Shown one piece after another: positions 12,941-25,907 of a DNA stretch of 64,000 nucleotides (its first letter is position 1; each line of letters opens with the position of its first letter). Below the pieces are notes generated by a model. That model was not told the DNA's origin, did no database searches, and saw only the letters and a program-made list of their open reading frames with translations. This DNA is from Chrysomallon squamiferum (taxonomy: Eukaryota > Animalia > Mollusca), in assembly GCA_012295275.1 (NCBI GenBank), contig CM022679.1, positions 13,950,001 to 14,014,000 on the forward strand, read 5' to 3'. The position numbers and the translations under genes are program-made.

Positions 12941-14050
12941 GGTAGGCATCATTTGTTGTATAATGTCCATTCATTTGTTACAATATCATAAACTGGTGTT
13001 ATAATTTTTAATCACATCTAAACATTAGTAACAGAGTCCATACATTTGTGATTTTCATCTTTCATTTGACACAAATTTCACAAATCGTGTATAACTTCCC
13101 TATTATTAATAATATCTTTAACTTAACTTGTAAATATTGATATATCCACATCTCTCATTTGTCCTCCACATACCTCAGCTCCTCACAAAACACCAAACCT
13201 GTTAAAACCATGGACAGTGCTGCCTTGTTTACACAATGATTACCACTTGCCAAAACACACTCATGTTATCTGTAGAGAGTGAATTTATTACCAGCCATAG
13301 TATACAGCTAATAAATAACCTTTAGCCTCACACAACAGAAAAAGACAAGTCTTTTATCTGATGTTCTATTTATTATATCTCTCCGAGGATCATTGTCATC
13401 CAGGGGGTTAGTTTGATTTTAGCTACAACAAACATTCAAGTTGTCTCCTTAATACTTTAGCTGGGGAGAGATTATTAGAATGTTTTGTTTTTATAAACTG
13501 ATGCTGCAGTAAAATGAGAATTGAGCAATAGTTGAAAAGTGTGTGAGTGTGTGTGTGTGTGTGTGTGTTTGTTTTGAATCATTGACTGTATTGCTGTTTG
13601 CTAGAAAATTAAATTGTGTATAATCTTTTATTTTTCTGTGATTATTTTTTAATTCATTAACACATTTTTGTTGTTTTTTAATTCAGTATTTAATTCTTAT
13701 ACTGATATAGTAGTTAATCAAAACTACTTAACATATGTATATATATACATGTATATGTGTGCATGTTTGTATGTATATAATGTACATGTATGTATATAAT
13801 TTAAATAATACTTTCTATTAAATAATAATAATAATAATAATATCAAGTCTGTAATGGGTTGTAAAATATATCTCACACAGTGATATTAAAACAGCTATTT
13901 GTTGTTTCTCCTTCTGTAAAAAAAACACACGGGTTTTGGCTAACTGCCCATATGAGTTCTTCTGTGGCTTTCTTTGTTAAGTGAGTGTGTACAATTACAA
14001 TACCTTGCTCTCACCTTTATGTTGAGTAATCATGTTTGTTGTAACACCAC

Positions 14051-14615
14051 TATCAAGATGTATGGGGGCTTCGAGAATTACAAGTATCTACCTGTTGAAT
14101 ATACACTGAACACAAAAGTTAGTGATATTAATACATTTGTTATGAAGCGTTAACCTGAAATATTTGCATATTGAATAAACATTTTTATTGCACTCACTCA
14201 TTGTCAATAGCAGGAATCATGAACCGTTTTCAGTACAGTTTTATCAAGGTGTATGCAGGCTTTAGGAATTACAAGTATCTACCTGTTGAATATACACTGA
14301 ACACAAAAGTTAGAGATATTAATGCATTTGTTATGAAGCAGTACCCTGACATATCTGCTTATCGAATCAACATTTTTATTATGCATGTTATCAACATGTT
14401 TTGTGGCTCAGGAATAAATTGTATTTATCTACTGAATATATACTGAACGAAAAAGTTATGTATCAAAATATTTCTAATACAAAGAAAACATGAAGTATTT
14501 GTGTATACATATATAATTAAGAAAGAAGTTAGGATCATAATATATATTGCACTGTAATTACTATTACATGTATCTATAAGTTGAATGTACACAGTGACCA
14601 AAAAAGGTAGATATT
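14051..14615 (+). repeat. Local tandem duplication (about 145-190 bp unit; 2 close and 2 diverged copies)
   Basis: The 47-bp AATTACAAGTATCTACCTGTTGAATATACACTGAACACAAAAGTTAG is identical near 14076 and 14267. Diverged copies lie near 14388 and 14563. Confidence 0.85.
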
Positions 14616-15709
14616 ATGAAGGTGTATGGAACCTCTCAGATTTTTTTTAAATCTCTGTGTGTGTGTGTGTGTGGGTGTGGGTGTATGTGTGTGTGCTGAA
14701 CCAAAACATCAAGGGTCATGCAATATTTGTGGTCTATAGATGAGATTTCAGACAGCTGATAAAAGAAGCAAGATTTTATCATAGACAAAAATATTTGCTC
14801 TATTATATTTAAAAAAATATATAAGGAAATAAAGAGTATTACATATCATTACTGGCTTTTGTGAATTAATATCTTCAAAATATCACTGAGGGACTGCAGA
14901 TAATACAAATAAAAAAAGATATATTTTGTGATGCCTAATTAGTTTTGACCAGTATTCTTTCACCTTTATAATGAGAGATTATATCAAAATAAATCAGGCC
15001 ACTTTTCTTGGATTGCATTTCCAAATGAATCTAGGTTTTTTTGTTGTTTTTTTACTTTTTTGCAAATGGTTAAATTATTAAGTTTTATGATTTGGTAGTA
15101 ATAATTTTTATTTTTAGCAGATATAAAATTTTTATGTATTTCTTGAGTGTCAGCTGATAAAGATTTTTTTTTACTTTATGACTTGCATGTAAATAGTCAG
15201 TGATAAATTACTTTGTGACTGCTTCAGATTTAGTTAATATTTGTGTAACTTTATCTAAATGATATTGACCCTTTTCAATGTCAGGGGTCTTATTTATGTA
15301 TGTATATATATTCATTTATTTACGTATTTATTTATCTATTTATTTGTTTACGTATTTATTTATGTATTTATTTTACAATATCTTTTGTTTTTGATCTCTT
15401 TCATTTCTTTTGTTTTCTGTTTTTACATTTTCATCTATTAATATTTTACATTTTTAATTTATAATAAATAGTTTCCTTAAAAGTTTTGTTACTTTTTGTT
15501 GACCATTTTTATAGTTTTGTTTACAGAATCTTAAGTGGGTTTTTTGGAGTGGTTTGTTTTTGGTGGGTTTTAAAAATTATTTTTGGTTCACTTTACATCT
15601 GTACGTTTTTGCTGTTTATTTATTTATTGTTGTTGTTGTTATTATTATTATTATTATTATTATTTCAGTGTTTTTATTTTTTAATTGAATTTTTACATAC
15701 TTCTCTATT

Positions 15710-16110
15710 TTAATATTTTAACATTTTCAAGTTATTGAGTTTCTGTCTTTAATTATTTGTACATATATCTCTGTATACATATTTTTACATTTTTCTTTAT
15801 TGAAATTTTTTATTTTTTTCTACCGATAGTTTTATATTTTCTCTTTACTAATATCTTTTATATCTTTCTCTGTACTGATATCTTTTAAATTTTTCACTGT
15901 TGATATTTTTCATTTTTTGTTGATATTTATTTTACATTTTTTCTACTGATATTTTTACATTTTACTCTACTGATAATTTTACATTTTTTTAATGATATTT
16001 TTTTTACATTTTTCTGTTGATATTTTTACTATAACCTTTCCTGACTTTTAACATTTTTCTTTCTTGATCCTTTTTCTTTTCTGTATTAAATTTTTTGTAT
16101 TTTTTGCAGT
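15710..16110 (+). repeat. Decayed ~22-bp AT-rich minisatellite (GATATTTTTACATTTTTCTACT-like)
   Basis: Recurrent TGATATTTTTACATTTT words, clearest at 15900-16030. Confidence 0.6.
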
Positions 16111-16499
16111 AAACCATTTCTTCCCTCTCTATTGACATTTAACACGTTCTTCTTATAATTCACTTTTGCCTCCATTACATCTTTATATATTTCAGTTTTT
16201 TTTTTTTTTTTTTTTTTCAATTTTGTTTTTATTGGCATTTTCTTAATTCTGTTTTTACAATTTTTTTTCTGTTTTTTTGAATTTCAAAAATTTTCTTACC
16301 AATATTTTTTTTCTTTATTAATATATTTAATAAATTTATATTTCTGATGAAAGAAATCTAATTATTTATATTTAAAACATGTAGTTTTACTTTTATATAT
16401 TAAAATGGTAAAGTATATTTATATTTTAAATTAATTTAATTTTTTTTATATGTAACTAAATACACATGATCATTTCTGAAAATACTAAAATCAATTAGC

Positions 16500-17310
16500 A
16501 GACACACACACACACATGTATGTACACATATACACACAGACATATTCACAAACATATTAATTTTTTTCAGTTATTATGTTAGTATGTAATTACAGACAGA
16601 GGAATAAATATGTCGGTGGGATAATAATGGACCGATGAATAAAATATTATATTGATGGATATACATACATGCCTACGTACATTCACATGGACACATATAC
16701 AAAACCCATAGATATATAACAACTACACATTAATTTATGTGTACAGAGATACACACACATTTAATTATACGAACACATACACATACATATCCACACCCAT
16801 ATACACACACATACATATATACATACATACATAGTTACAAACATGCACATACTTTCACACGTACAAAAACTCATATATCTACAGGAAAAAAAACAAAAAA
16901 CATAAATATAAAAACCCCTGCCAACAATTAAGAGACATGCATATACATACATACATACATACATACATACATACATACATACATACATACATACATACAT
17001 ACATACATACATACATTACATTTATTTATTTATATATACATACTAACAAACATACTTATAAAAGACATACAACTTAAGTTAAAAAAAAATGCAAAACCCT
17101 GTCAACATTAAACAGAAGTGTATATATGACACATACACACACACATACATTTATATATACATACATACATTCATTCAACATATACAAACAGAGACACACA
17201 TACAAACCCCATACATATACAACAACTCCAGATATATATATATATATATATATAAATTTAAAAACCCCACAAAAACCTCTGTCAACATTAAAGAGAAGTG
17301 CATATTAATC
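16500..17310 (+). repeat. CA/CATA-rich tract with (CATA)n at about 16943-17015 and a thrice-repeated AAAACCC(T)GTCAACATTAAA motif
   Basis: The motif occurs near 16911, 17093 and 17271. Confidence 0.8.
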
Positions 17311-18949
17311 TTCCACTGTGACTTTCATCCAGTTATCACTTGCTATTACACACACATTAGTTTTGCTTGCACCTATCAAGTCTGGAGATTAGGACACTAT
17401 TAATAAACCGTCAGCTATTCTTCTCTTTATCAGCGGTGTGTTTGTTGTGAGTACCCTCCATTCATTTCAGATAACTTACACGATGGCCCTGTCATGTTTG
17501 CAAAGAATCCACAAGTTTAAAATATTTCTGACTGGATATCATCGGTGCTAGTTGTTGTCAGGCACGTAACTCCTGGCCATGTTTTATTCGGGAGCCTTTT
17601 GTTTACAGTCTGTTCGGTAACAGTATAGGTTAAAGTGTTTAAATACATTCTGAACACTTGTAGGTTATGTTTTGCATAATATATATATATAGATAGATAA
17701 AGATGTATACACACACACACATACAGATATAGATATATACATAACAATACACACTTTGTTAAGCAAAACCAAGTGGCTGAATGAAGCTGTATATTAATAT
17801 ACATGTATGTAACAATATTGCATGAATAAATTGTATTTTCAAAAGTACTTTTAAGTTTTTCTTAAAGCAACTATACAGAAAAAATAAATAAGGTGCCATT
17901 CGTTCCAAATCTGCACAGTCCCATTTCTTTCTGGAGCCATTTTTTTCCAAGTGCCATTTTTTCTGTATCCTGTTATATCAGTGTTGACTTGTTTGCTCTG
18001 ACATTTCTTGTAATATTGTCAGAAAACAAAAATACAGTTACCAGAATCTCAACAATGTGATATGTCATGATGTACAGTTATTACGAGTTAGACTGTCTGC
18101 ACTGAGAGGTTGTGTCAAAGTATTATTAATTTTTATTGTGTATAATTTATTTACAAATAATCACCAGTCACCCAAAACCGTAAAAAAACAACAGCTTGGA
18201 AGTACAAAGAATTTTGTTACATTATTTATTTACACTGACTAGATGAACTCTCTGATGTGCCAGAATAATGGTTTGTGTTAGTATGTTAGTAGATTAGTTT
18301 TAATAATTCTTTACACTTAATCTACCATAGGGGGGCCAGTGAGGGGATTAGATCCTGGAACCTGCAAATGTTTAGATCATGTTCACATTAAACAACTGCA
18401 AAACCTGTAGATTAATCTAACTGCGATACTGACTTGAAAACTAGTGTCAGTAAAGTGCCTATTTCAGACCTCAGCACATAATGAAATCAGACTAGAACCC
18501 ATGACAGGCGTGTTTGAACAGTTTTACCATGGAAACAGCATAAAAATTAGCCTAGAAATAAGACGTTAATCAGCTGGTGAAAAAAAAAATCACTGTGAAA
18601 TTTTTTTTTGCAGTTTTCTCTTCCAACATTTCACCTGTTTTATTAGTAGTAAACAGTTCAAAACATTCCTTTTTCTTTTCTTTTTTTTTTTGTTCAACCT
18701 GCTCAGCACATAAACAAGCAACAAACAAGGGCAAATACAAAGCCTGACATGTTAAGGTGTTGACATGGTCATTGTGGACAGAGTGACCAATGGAATGTGT
18801 GTGAGTTAATCCAGTGTGTTGTGGTAAATACTGATTTGTTATTGAAGCTAAGTACACCTGCTTCCCTTCTCCTTGTTGTTGTCATCCTCCTTGTTATTTC
18901 ACAAACAGTCCTGTTAACATGTATTTTCCTTCTCTTGTTATTATTATAT

Positions 18950-19477
18950 ATATGTGTGTGAGTGTGTGTGTGCGAGTATGTATATATATATCTGTTGTCT
19001 CTTTATATAAATATGTGTGTGTGTTTGTGGGATGTTTGTGCATGTGTGTGTGTTTGTGTATATGTGTGTTTGTTCATGTGTGTGTGTTTGTGTGTGTGCA
19101 TGTTTGTTGTGTGTGTGTTTGTGTGTGTGCATGTTTGTTGTGTGTGTGTTGTGTGTATGTGGGTGTGGGTGTGGGTGTGGGTGTATTTATGTGCCTGGTC
19201 TGCATAAATATCTTGGTGTCTCTATATTTTATATAGGTCTCTTAATTGTATATACATTTATATATGTATGTCTTTGTCTATATGTATATGTATGCCTATA
19301 TGTACATGCATATCTTTGAGTTTTTATGTATGTCTGTATGTCTATATGTATATGTATGTCTCTGTGTGTTTATGTATTTATATATATGTGCATGTGTACG
19401 TGTCTGTATGTGTGTGCATCTATTTATATATCTCTGTGTATGTCTGTGGTATCTGTATGTATTTACATATCTGTATA

Positions 19478-19529
<52 letters not shown>

Positions 19530-20280
19530 TGTGTGTGTGTATATATATATATATAAATAAATATGATAACCAGTGTGTATGTGTCTGGGTGTGTCTGTCT
19601 TTATATTTGTGTGTAAATGTCTGTGTATATTTCTGTATTGCGTGTTAATCTGTTTAACAGTTTTGTTGTAGATATTGGTTTGTTATTGAACCTGTATCCA
19701 CCTGCTTGTTGTTTTCTGTCACAGTTTTACAAATTGTCCTGTTAAGCCTTGTTACGATCGTGTTTTTCTACTGTTATTTATTTACTCAAATATCCTGTGC
19801 AAATATATTTTGAAACTGAAAAAGATAAGTGTGTTTTGTTATATGGGTATCTGTTGTCTCTGTTTATATACAAATATTTGTATAAATGTATGTATATATG
19901 TCTGTTTCTCTGTCTCTTCTACTGTCTGTATGTATGTATGTATGGGAGTGTATATACATTTATTTATATATGAATTTGTGTATTCCTGTGATTATGAATG
20001 TGTGTATGTATATCTGTGTATCTGTATATTTCTGTGTCTATATGTATATATCTATGTTTTGTGTGTGTGTCTCTGTGAGTGTGTGTGTGTGTCTGTACAT
20101 GAATGCATTAATGTTTTGTTCAAGTAGTTCTCTCAGTGATTGTACAGTTGTTTTGTTTTCTAAGTGTAATTAAATTGTGTTTGTATCTGTGAATATGCAT
20201 ACATATTCACGTGAATCATGTGTGTGATAGTCTGTTTATATGTATACTTTTGTGTCTGTATGTCTGTATGTATATCTGTG
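18950..20280 (+). repeat. GT/GTAT-rich low-complexity tract including pure (GT)n at about 19481-19526
   Basis: Direct reading. It is the source of the Val/Cys/Tyr ORFs. Confidence 0.9.
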
Positions 20281-20694
20281 TCATTTTTTTTTTTTTTTTT
20301 TGCTTGTAAAGCAATTTACTGAACTTGGTACATTTGTTGTGTTATCCAGACACAAGATGACACCACAAACTGATGTTATTCTGTAATATGACACTTCGAA
20401 ATAGCTTAATAGTTTTTTATTTAATTTTTATACTTCTCAAGTGGATATAAAGAAATCCTTTCACAACAATGGCAACAACAACAACAAAAAAAAAAGAGAA
20501 TAAATAAAAAATAAGAGTGGAGAAGCAATAGCTAAGTAAGAAAAAAAAAACAAATGAAGAATGTGTTTTGTAAATGGGTCACCAGCACAAACAATTAAAA
20601 TATTTTTATTTGGTTTGTATTTCTATGGTAATTTCTGTAATAACTTAAACACATCACAAACCCCCAAAACTTGTTGCTGACGAGTAAGCAGAAA

Positions 20695-20970
20695 AATGTA
20701 GCAGTAGTCTTTTTAATAGTGTAATATACCTACAGAGAAAAACATACATAAACAGTCCTGTTAATCATGAAGTAATAGTAGTTTTAATAGCATAATATAA
20801 AAATACAGATACTCATTGTTATACAAAAAAAGAATCAAGTCCTCTTAATTAAACAGCAGTGGTCTTTTTAATAATGTAATATATACATGTTTACAGATAC
20901 AAAATTACATATATACATTCAGTCAGGTACTATTAATCATGCAGTAATAATACTTTTAATAATGTAATAA
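20695..20970 (+). repeat. Four diverged ~75-90 bp tandem units
   Basis: (GC)AGTARTAGT..TTTTAATA..GTAATA recurs near 20700, 20770, 20856 and 20941. Confidence 0.6.
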
Positions 20971-21118
20971 CACAGAAATTTTTTTTTTTTAAATTTTATA
21001 TTTATCCTAACACAGCATGATATTAATGTGTGTATGAATCTATGAACATACAATCACTGTTAGTATGTATGTGTGCATTTGTTTTTAAAATATTCATATA
21101 TAAGTGGTATATAAGTAA

Positions 21119-21150
<32 letters not shown>

Positions 21151-21156
21151 ATTTAA

Positions 21157-21202
<46 letters not shown>

Positions 21203-21331
21203 ATATGTATTGATGTATAAGTGTATGTATGTATTTATGTATGTATATATATATATATTTATATGTGTGTGTGTGTGTGTATAAGTGTGCAAGTCTACAT
21301 ATGTATGTATGTATGTAAGCATGTATGTATG

Positions 21332-21373
<42 letters not shown>

Positions 21374-21874
21374 TATATACCTATTTATGCTTGTATATCT
21401 ATATATCTAACTAATATCTTGGTATCACATCTCATCATACATCTGATATTACACAGATACTTAAACGAAAACAAGTCACAGATATAACAACAACATCACT
21501 TCACATTCCAGTAACTCAGCACAATGTTTTTGTTTAAGATTTCTTCATCTTAACTTTCACCATGGGGATGTCTGTCTGTACCCACTGAACTCCTGCCTCT
21601 GACAATACTTTTTCCATCTTCTAACTTTAGCCACAGACCAAGGCTCCCCTGTTTTGACAGCTGGGTGAATCCTGGATGAGGAGGGGTCTTTCTGAAACAA
21701 GATGTTCTCAGTGCTATTTCAGGAATCTAAATTGTGGTATCCAGTCTCACCTTCCTGTGTGTGTGTATGTGTGTGTGGAACACGGGGAAAATTGTTTCAC
21801 AGGCTTGTAACCTTTTTATTCCTTGTTTGTTTTTAGTGTGGTGATTAGTGATAACTGGGGTAGTGATAGATGAT

Positions 21875-22290
21875 TGTGTGTGTGTGTGTCTGTGTTTGAA
21901 TATTTGTATTGTCTATTTGTATTTATGTGTATACCTGTATATATGTGAGTGTTTATGTATATTTTATGTCTCTGTGTGTGTTGTCTATGTATTTTGTATA
22001 TTTTGTGTCTGTGAATGTGTGTGTCTATGTGTCCTGTGTCCGTCTGTGTGTATGTATATTTGTATTTATATGTATGTGTTTTATGTGTATGTGAATGTGG
22101 CTGTGTTTGTATATGTTTGTGTGTCTATGTATATGTGTGTTTTTATATGTGTGTCTGGGTGTGTCTTTGTGTTTGTGTATTTTATGTATATCTATCTTTG
22201 TGTGTGTATATGTATGTACTTGTGTCAGTCTGTGCATGTGAATATATCTTTTTATGTTTGCTTCTTTGATTGATGTGTATATTTCTTTGT
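21875..22290 (+). repeat. GT/GTAT-rich low-complexity tract
   Basis: Direct reading. Confidence 0.85.
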
Positions 22291-22893
22291 GTACCAGTTA
22301 TTAATTTCTGTGTTAAACCAGACTTTCAGAAAACTGATGAAATGGTAGTAGTAGTTGTTGTTGTTGTTGTTGTTGCACCAACAGGACAAGCAGCAGAATT
22401 ATTATCATTGTAATAAAAGCACCAACAGTTATTATTCTATTTCTTACAACTCATGGTCAATAAACTGATGCTGTAGTAGTAACAGTTGCTTTTGTTCAAT
22501 AAACAGCAACAACAACCACAACAGCTCCAGTTATTATCTACACTACAAAGTCACTTTTCAGAAAACTGATGCAATATCCTGAAGAAAAAATAAACAAGAA
22601 AAAAAAAAAAAAAAAAAAAATCTTTTAGAATTTCTTTTTTTAATATCCGTCCAAGTTCAAATCTTTCAAATCTTGTACATCAAAACTCTTAAGGTCAAAA
22701 GGATACAAACCAGTAAACAACCCTGGATAATTTTACACTGATATTCGATGTTAACTACCTGTACAATTTTATTTCTCACTTTCCATGGTAATACTAGCTG
22801 TTTATACGTATACACTCCATTGTGTTTCTTTCTTATAAAGATATCTTTTGTTTGCCCCAGTTTTTATTTACACATGGGATTTAAGCTTGTGTT

Positions 22894-22944
<51 letters not shown>

Positions 22945-22949
22945 CTTGT

Positions 22950-23065
22950 TTTTGAGTTTGTTTTTCAAGTGTGTGTTAACGCGTTTCATGGACTGTGTAA
23001 TATGTTTGTGAGTAAGGTTCAGGGCGAAGAAAGCTTACAAATACATAAATAAATACTTTACTTAC
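22950..23065 (+). mobile_element. Possible 3' end relic of a non-LTR retroelement
   Basis: Ends in AATAAATACTTTACTTAC, i.e. AATAAA plus a short tandem tail as in CR1/L2-type 3' termini. No reverse-transcriptase coding remnant was recognised. Confidence 0.3.
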
Positions 23066-23319
23066 ACAGGTATCTACAGGTTTATATCGAATGATGTAGT
23101 GTGCACTTTAAATAGACACACACACATACACAGAAATGTACTCATATTAGAATATTAAATAAGTAAATATTAAGACAGTTACACACATACACACTGAATT
23201 ATACTTTGTGTAAAGAAACACACACACAAACAAATAAAAATACACATGCTTACAGAAGAACATATTGATTATTGTTATAAATATTCAGACATAAATAGTT
23301 ACAAATGTTCTTTCTTTCA

Positions 23320-23322
23320 TAC

Positions 23323-23384
<62 letters not shown>

Positions 23385-23536
23385 CTGGTGCCATGGTGTA
23401 TGATCACAAGATCCTATTCCAAGAAAAAATTCCATTACAAGATTATAAAAGAGGTGGTTTATTCTATCATATCTGTGGAAAAGTAGATTGGATGTATGTA
23501 TGGATGTATGTATGTATATGTATGTTTGTGTGTATG

Positions 23537-23567
<31 letters not shown>

Positions 23568-23635
23568 GTATGCATGCATGTATGTATGTATGTATGTATA
23601 CATGCATGTAAATATTTATGTATGTATGTAGGTAG

Positions 23636-23666
<31 letters not shown>

Positions 23667-23770
23667 TGTACGTATGTATTTATGTATGTAAGCATGTTTG
23701 TATGTATGTCTGTATGTATTCACCTATATATGTGTATGTGTGTCAGTGTGTATTTGTGTTTATCTGTATG
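23320..23770 (+). repeat. (CA)n at 23320-23383 followed by (TATG)n at about 23490-23720
   Basis: Direct reading. Confidence 0.9.
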
Positions 23771-24299
23771 ATTTAGTTGTTTGTGTCTGAATGTATGTCC
23801 ACTTCATATCTAATAATATTTCATATAAAATATACTGAGCTATATATCAGACACAATCTTTCATCAGTCAATCAAACCAATACTACATTAACACTGTCAG
23901 TCTGTACACATCTACTACAAAGCCTGAGTAATGATAAAATCCTACTGCAAACCTGATATCACACATAACTACAGATATAGATTTTTACAGCTTGTCTGGC
24001 TTTGTATAGTTATTGAATAAAAAAAAATAAAAATAATTTTTTTTTTCTTTCTTTCTTTCTTTCATAAAAATATTAAAATATTTAACAGGTTCTTGCTGTT
24101 TAGGAAAACATCGCTCTGTTATTATTTATTAATATGTTTTATGTTCGGCGTGCTTCTGGGGTTTTGCATTCAGTACTGACTCGACTCAAACAATAATTAT
24201 TTAACACTCAAGCGATGAAGTAGTCTGTAACAGAAGACGGTGATGTCTGTATTGGGTTTTAATGACTTGTTTTTCATTATTTATTTACCTGCACAGCAA

Positions 24300-24610
24300 A
24301 TAGGACACAGCTTAGTGGCAGAATATCTTTTTTTTTAAGTTGAAGTAGGTTGTTGGATCAATCCGTCACTGAGCTATTTCTTGTTCCAGCCAGTGCTCCA
24401 TAACATACCTCTGTGTGTGTTCCATCCTGTGTGGGGGAAGGTGCATATAAAATATTCCTTGCTGCTAACTGAAAAGTACAGACCAAAAAGAGTTGGCAGT
24501 GAGTTTCTTTTCTGAGTAACTGAGTGGTCCTAAAATCGTGTGTTTAACACCAAGTAAAACAGTAAATAAAATGTGTTGAGTGTATTGTTAAATAAAGCAG
24601 TTCCTTTCTT
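24300..24610 (+). mobile_element. Near-full-length tRNA-derived SINE (best + strand copy)
   Basis: A-box-like CAGCTTAGTGG and B-box-like GGATCAATCC. Core GCTATTTCTTGTTCCAGCCAGTGCTCCA...GGTGCATATAAAATATTCCTTGCTGCTAA. 3' end TAAAACAGTAAATAAAATGTG...AATAAAGCAGTTCCTTTCTT. Confidence 0.75.
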
Positions 24611-25907
24611 TTTACTTGCATACTTAGGCAGAAAGAAATGTCATCAGACTGTATATTTTGTGATATTAATTAAGAAAATTATGAAATATTGATATGAGTA
24701 CATTAAAGAATTTATATATTTTTTTAAATGTGTTTCTATTCTATAATTTTTCTTACTAATATTGAAATTGAAGATTGAGAAAGTTTCTTTTTTGTCTCTG
24801 ATTATTATTGTTGTTATTCTTCTTCATCCTGTTTTTTTTTTTTTATTGTATTAGTATTAATATTTTACAGTTCAAATTTAAAAGCAAAATATCTCTTTTC
24901 TATTATTAATATTATTATTATTTATTATTATGTTATATTATCCATATTATAATCATTCATGCAATATCACAATATTTTTTCAAATTTTGCACTAAATAAA
25001 TATTTAATAATGATGAAAAGCACATATTGCCTTTATAAGGAAGTCATAGCATAAACTTTAGTTTAAAAAACATAAGTATAAATTTATAAGCTATTAAATT
25101 GTAACAATAATAATAATAATACACCAACAATAATGAAGCATCTCTAATTATTATTTTTTTAAATAAATTAATAACTATAAACTAATAGTAACAAAGATGG
25201 AAATGTATTTTACTATAATAATGTTTAAAAATAAATTTATACACTATTAACACTTCTCTATAATAACAAACACAAACATGAAACCTTACTGAACTATCTT
25301 TAAATTATACTTTTTTAAAATAAATTTGTAAACTATTAAAAAGTCTTTATATTAATAATAACAAATCAATTTATTACCTATTAAGAGTTCCTTGTAATAC
25401 AGATATAGCAATTATGAAAGGATATTAAACTATAATTTATGATTTTTTTTTTACAAATGGGTTTACCTATCCCTGATTCATAATTTGAAAAATAAAAGTG
25501 TCAACTATTAATAATACTAACAAAGATGAAAGCCTATTTAATCACATCTCATCTTACTTCAGCTTTTTGCACCTGCCTGGTGTAAGTAATTAGTATTTAC
25601 ACAACGTGATCAGTTAATGATGTTTTTACTATGATGACAGGTATGCACTGTAATGATCTGATGTAATACACCCAGATATCACACCTCTTGTTTGTGTCAC
25701 TGTGTTTAACAAGGAAACAAAAAAAAACAAAAAACAAATCCTGTATCCTTTTTAACAAGTAGAGAGATACATACCTATCTCCCTATTAGACATGATACAA
25801 TATTATTATTATTATTATTGTTGTTATTATTATTATTATTATTGTTATTATTATTGTTGTTATTATTATTATATTTGTTCTAGTTAAAGTCATATGACTG
25901 TTTTTTC

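Noticed and set aside
17890-17970. Short GCCATTTTTTCC-like repeats resembling subterminal arrays of a MITE
   Set aside because: Only about 4 degenerate units and no opposite end was found.
23060-23085. ACAGGTATCTACAGGT resembling miR-10/miR-993 fragments
   Set aside because: Only a partial match with no precursor hairpin. No conserved bilaterian miRNA was recognised by eye anywhere in the window.
18919-23771. Numerous Val/Cys/Tyr/Met or His/Thr/Ile ORFs
   Set aside because: They are translations of (GT)n, (GTAT)n and (CA)n tracts.
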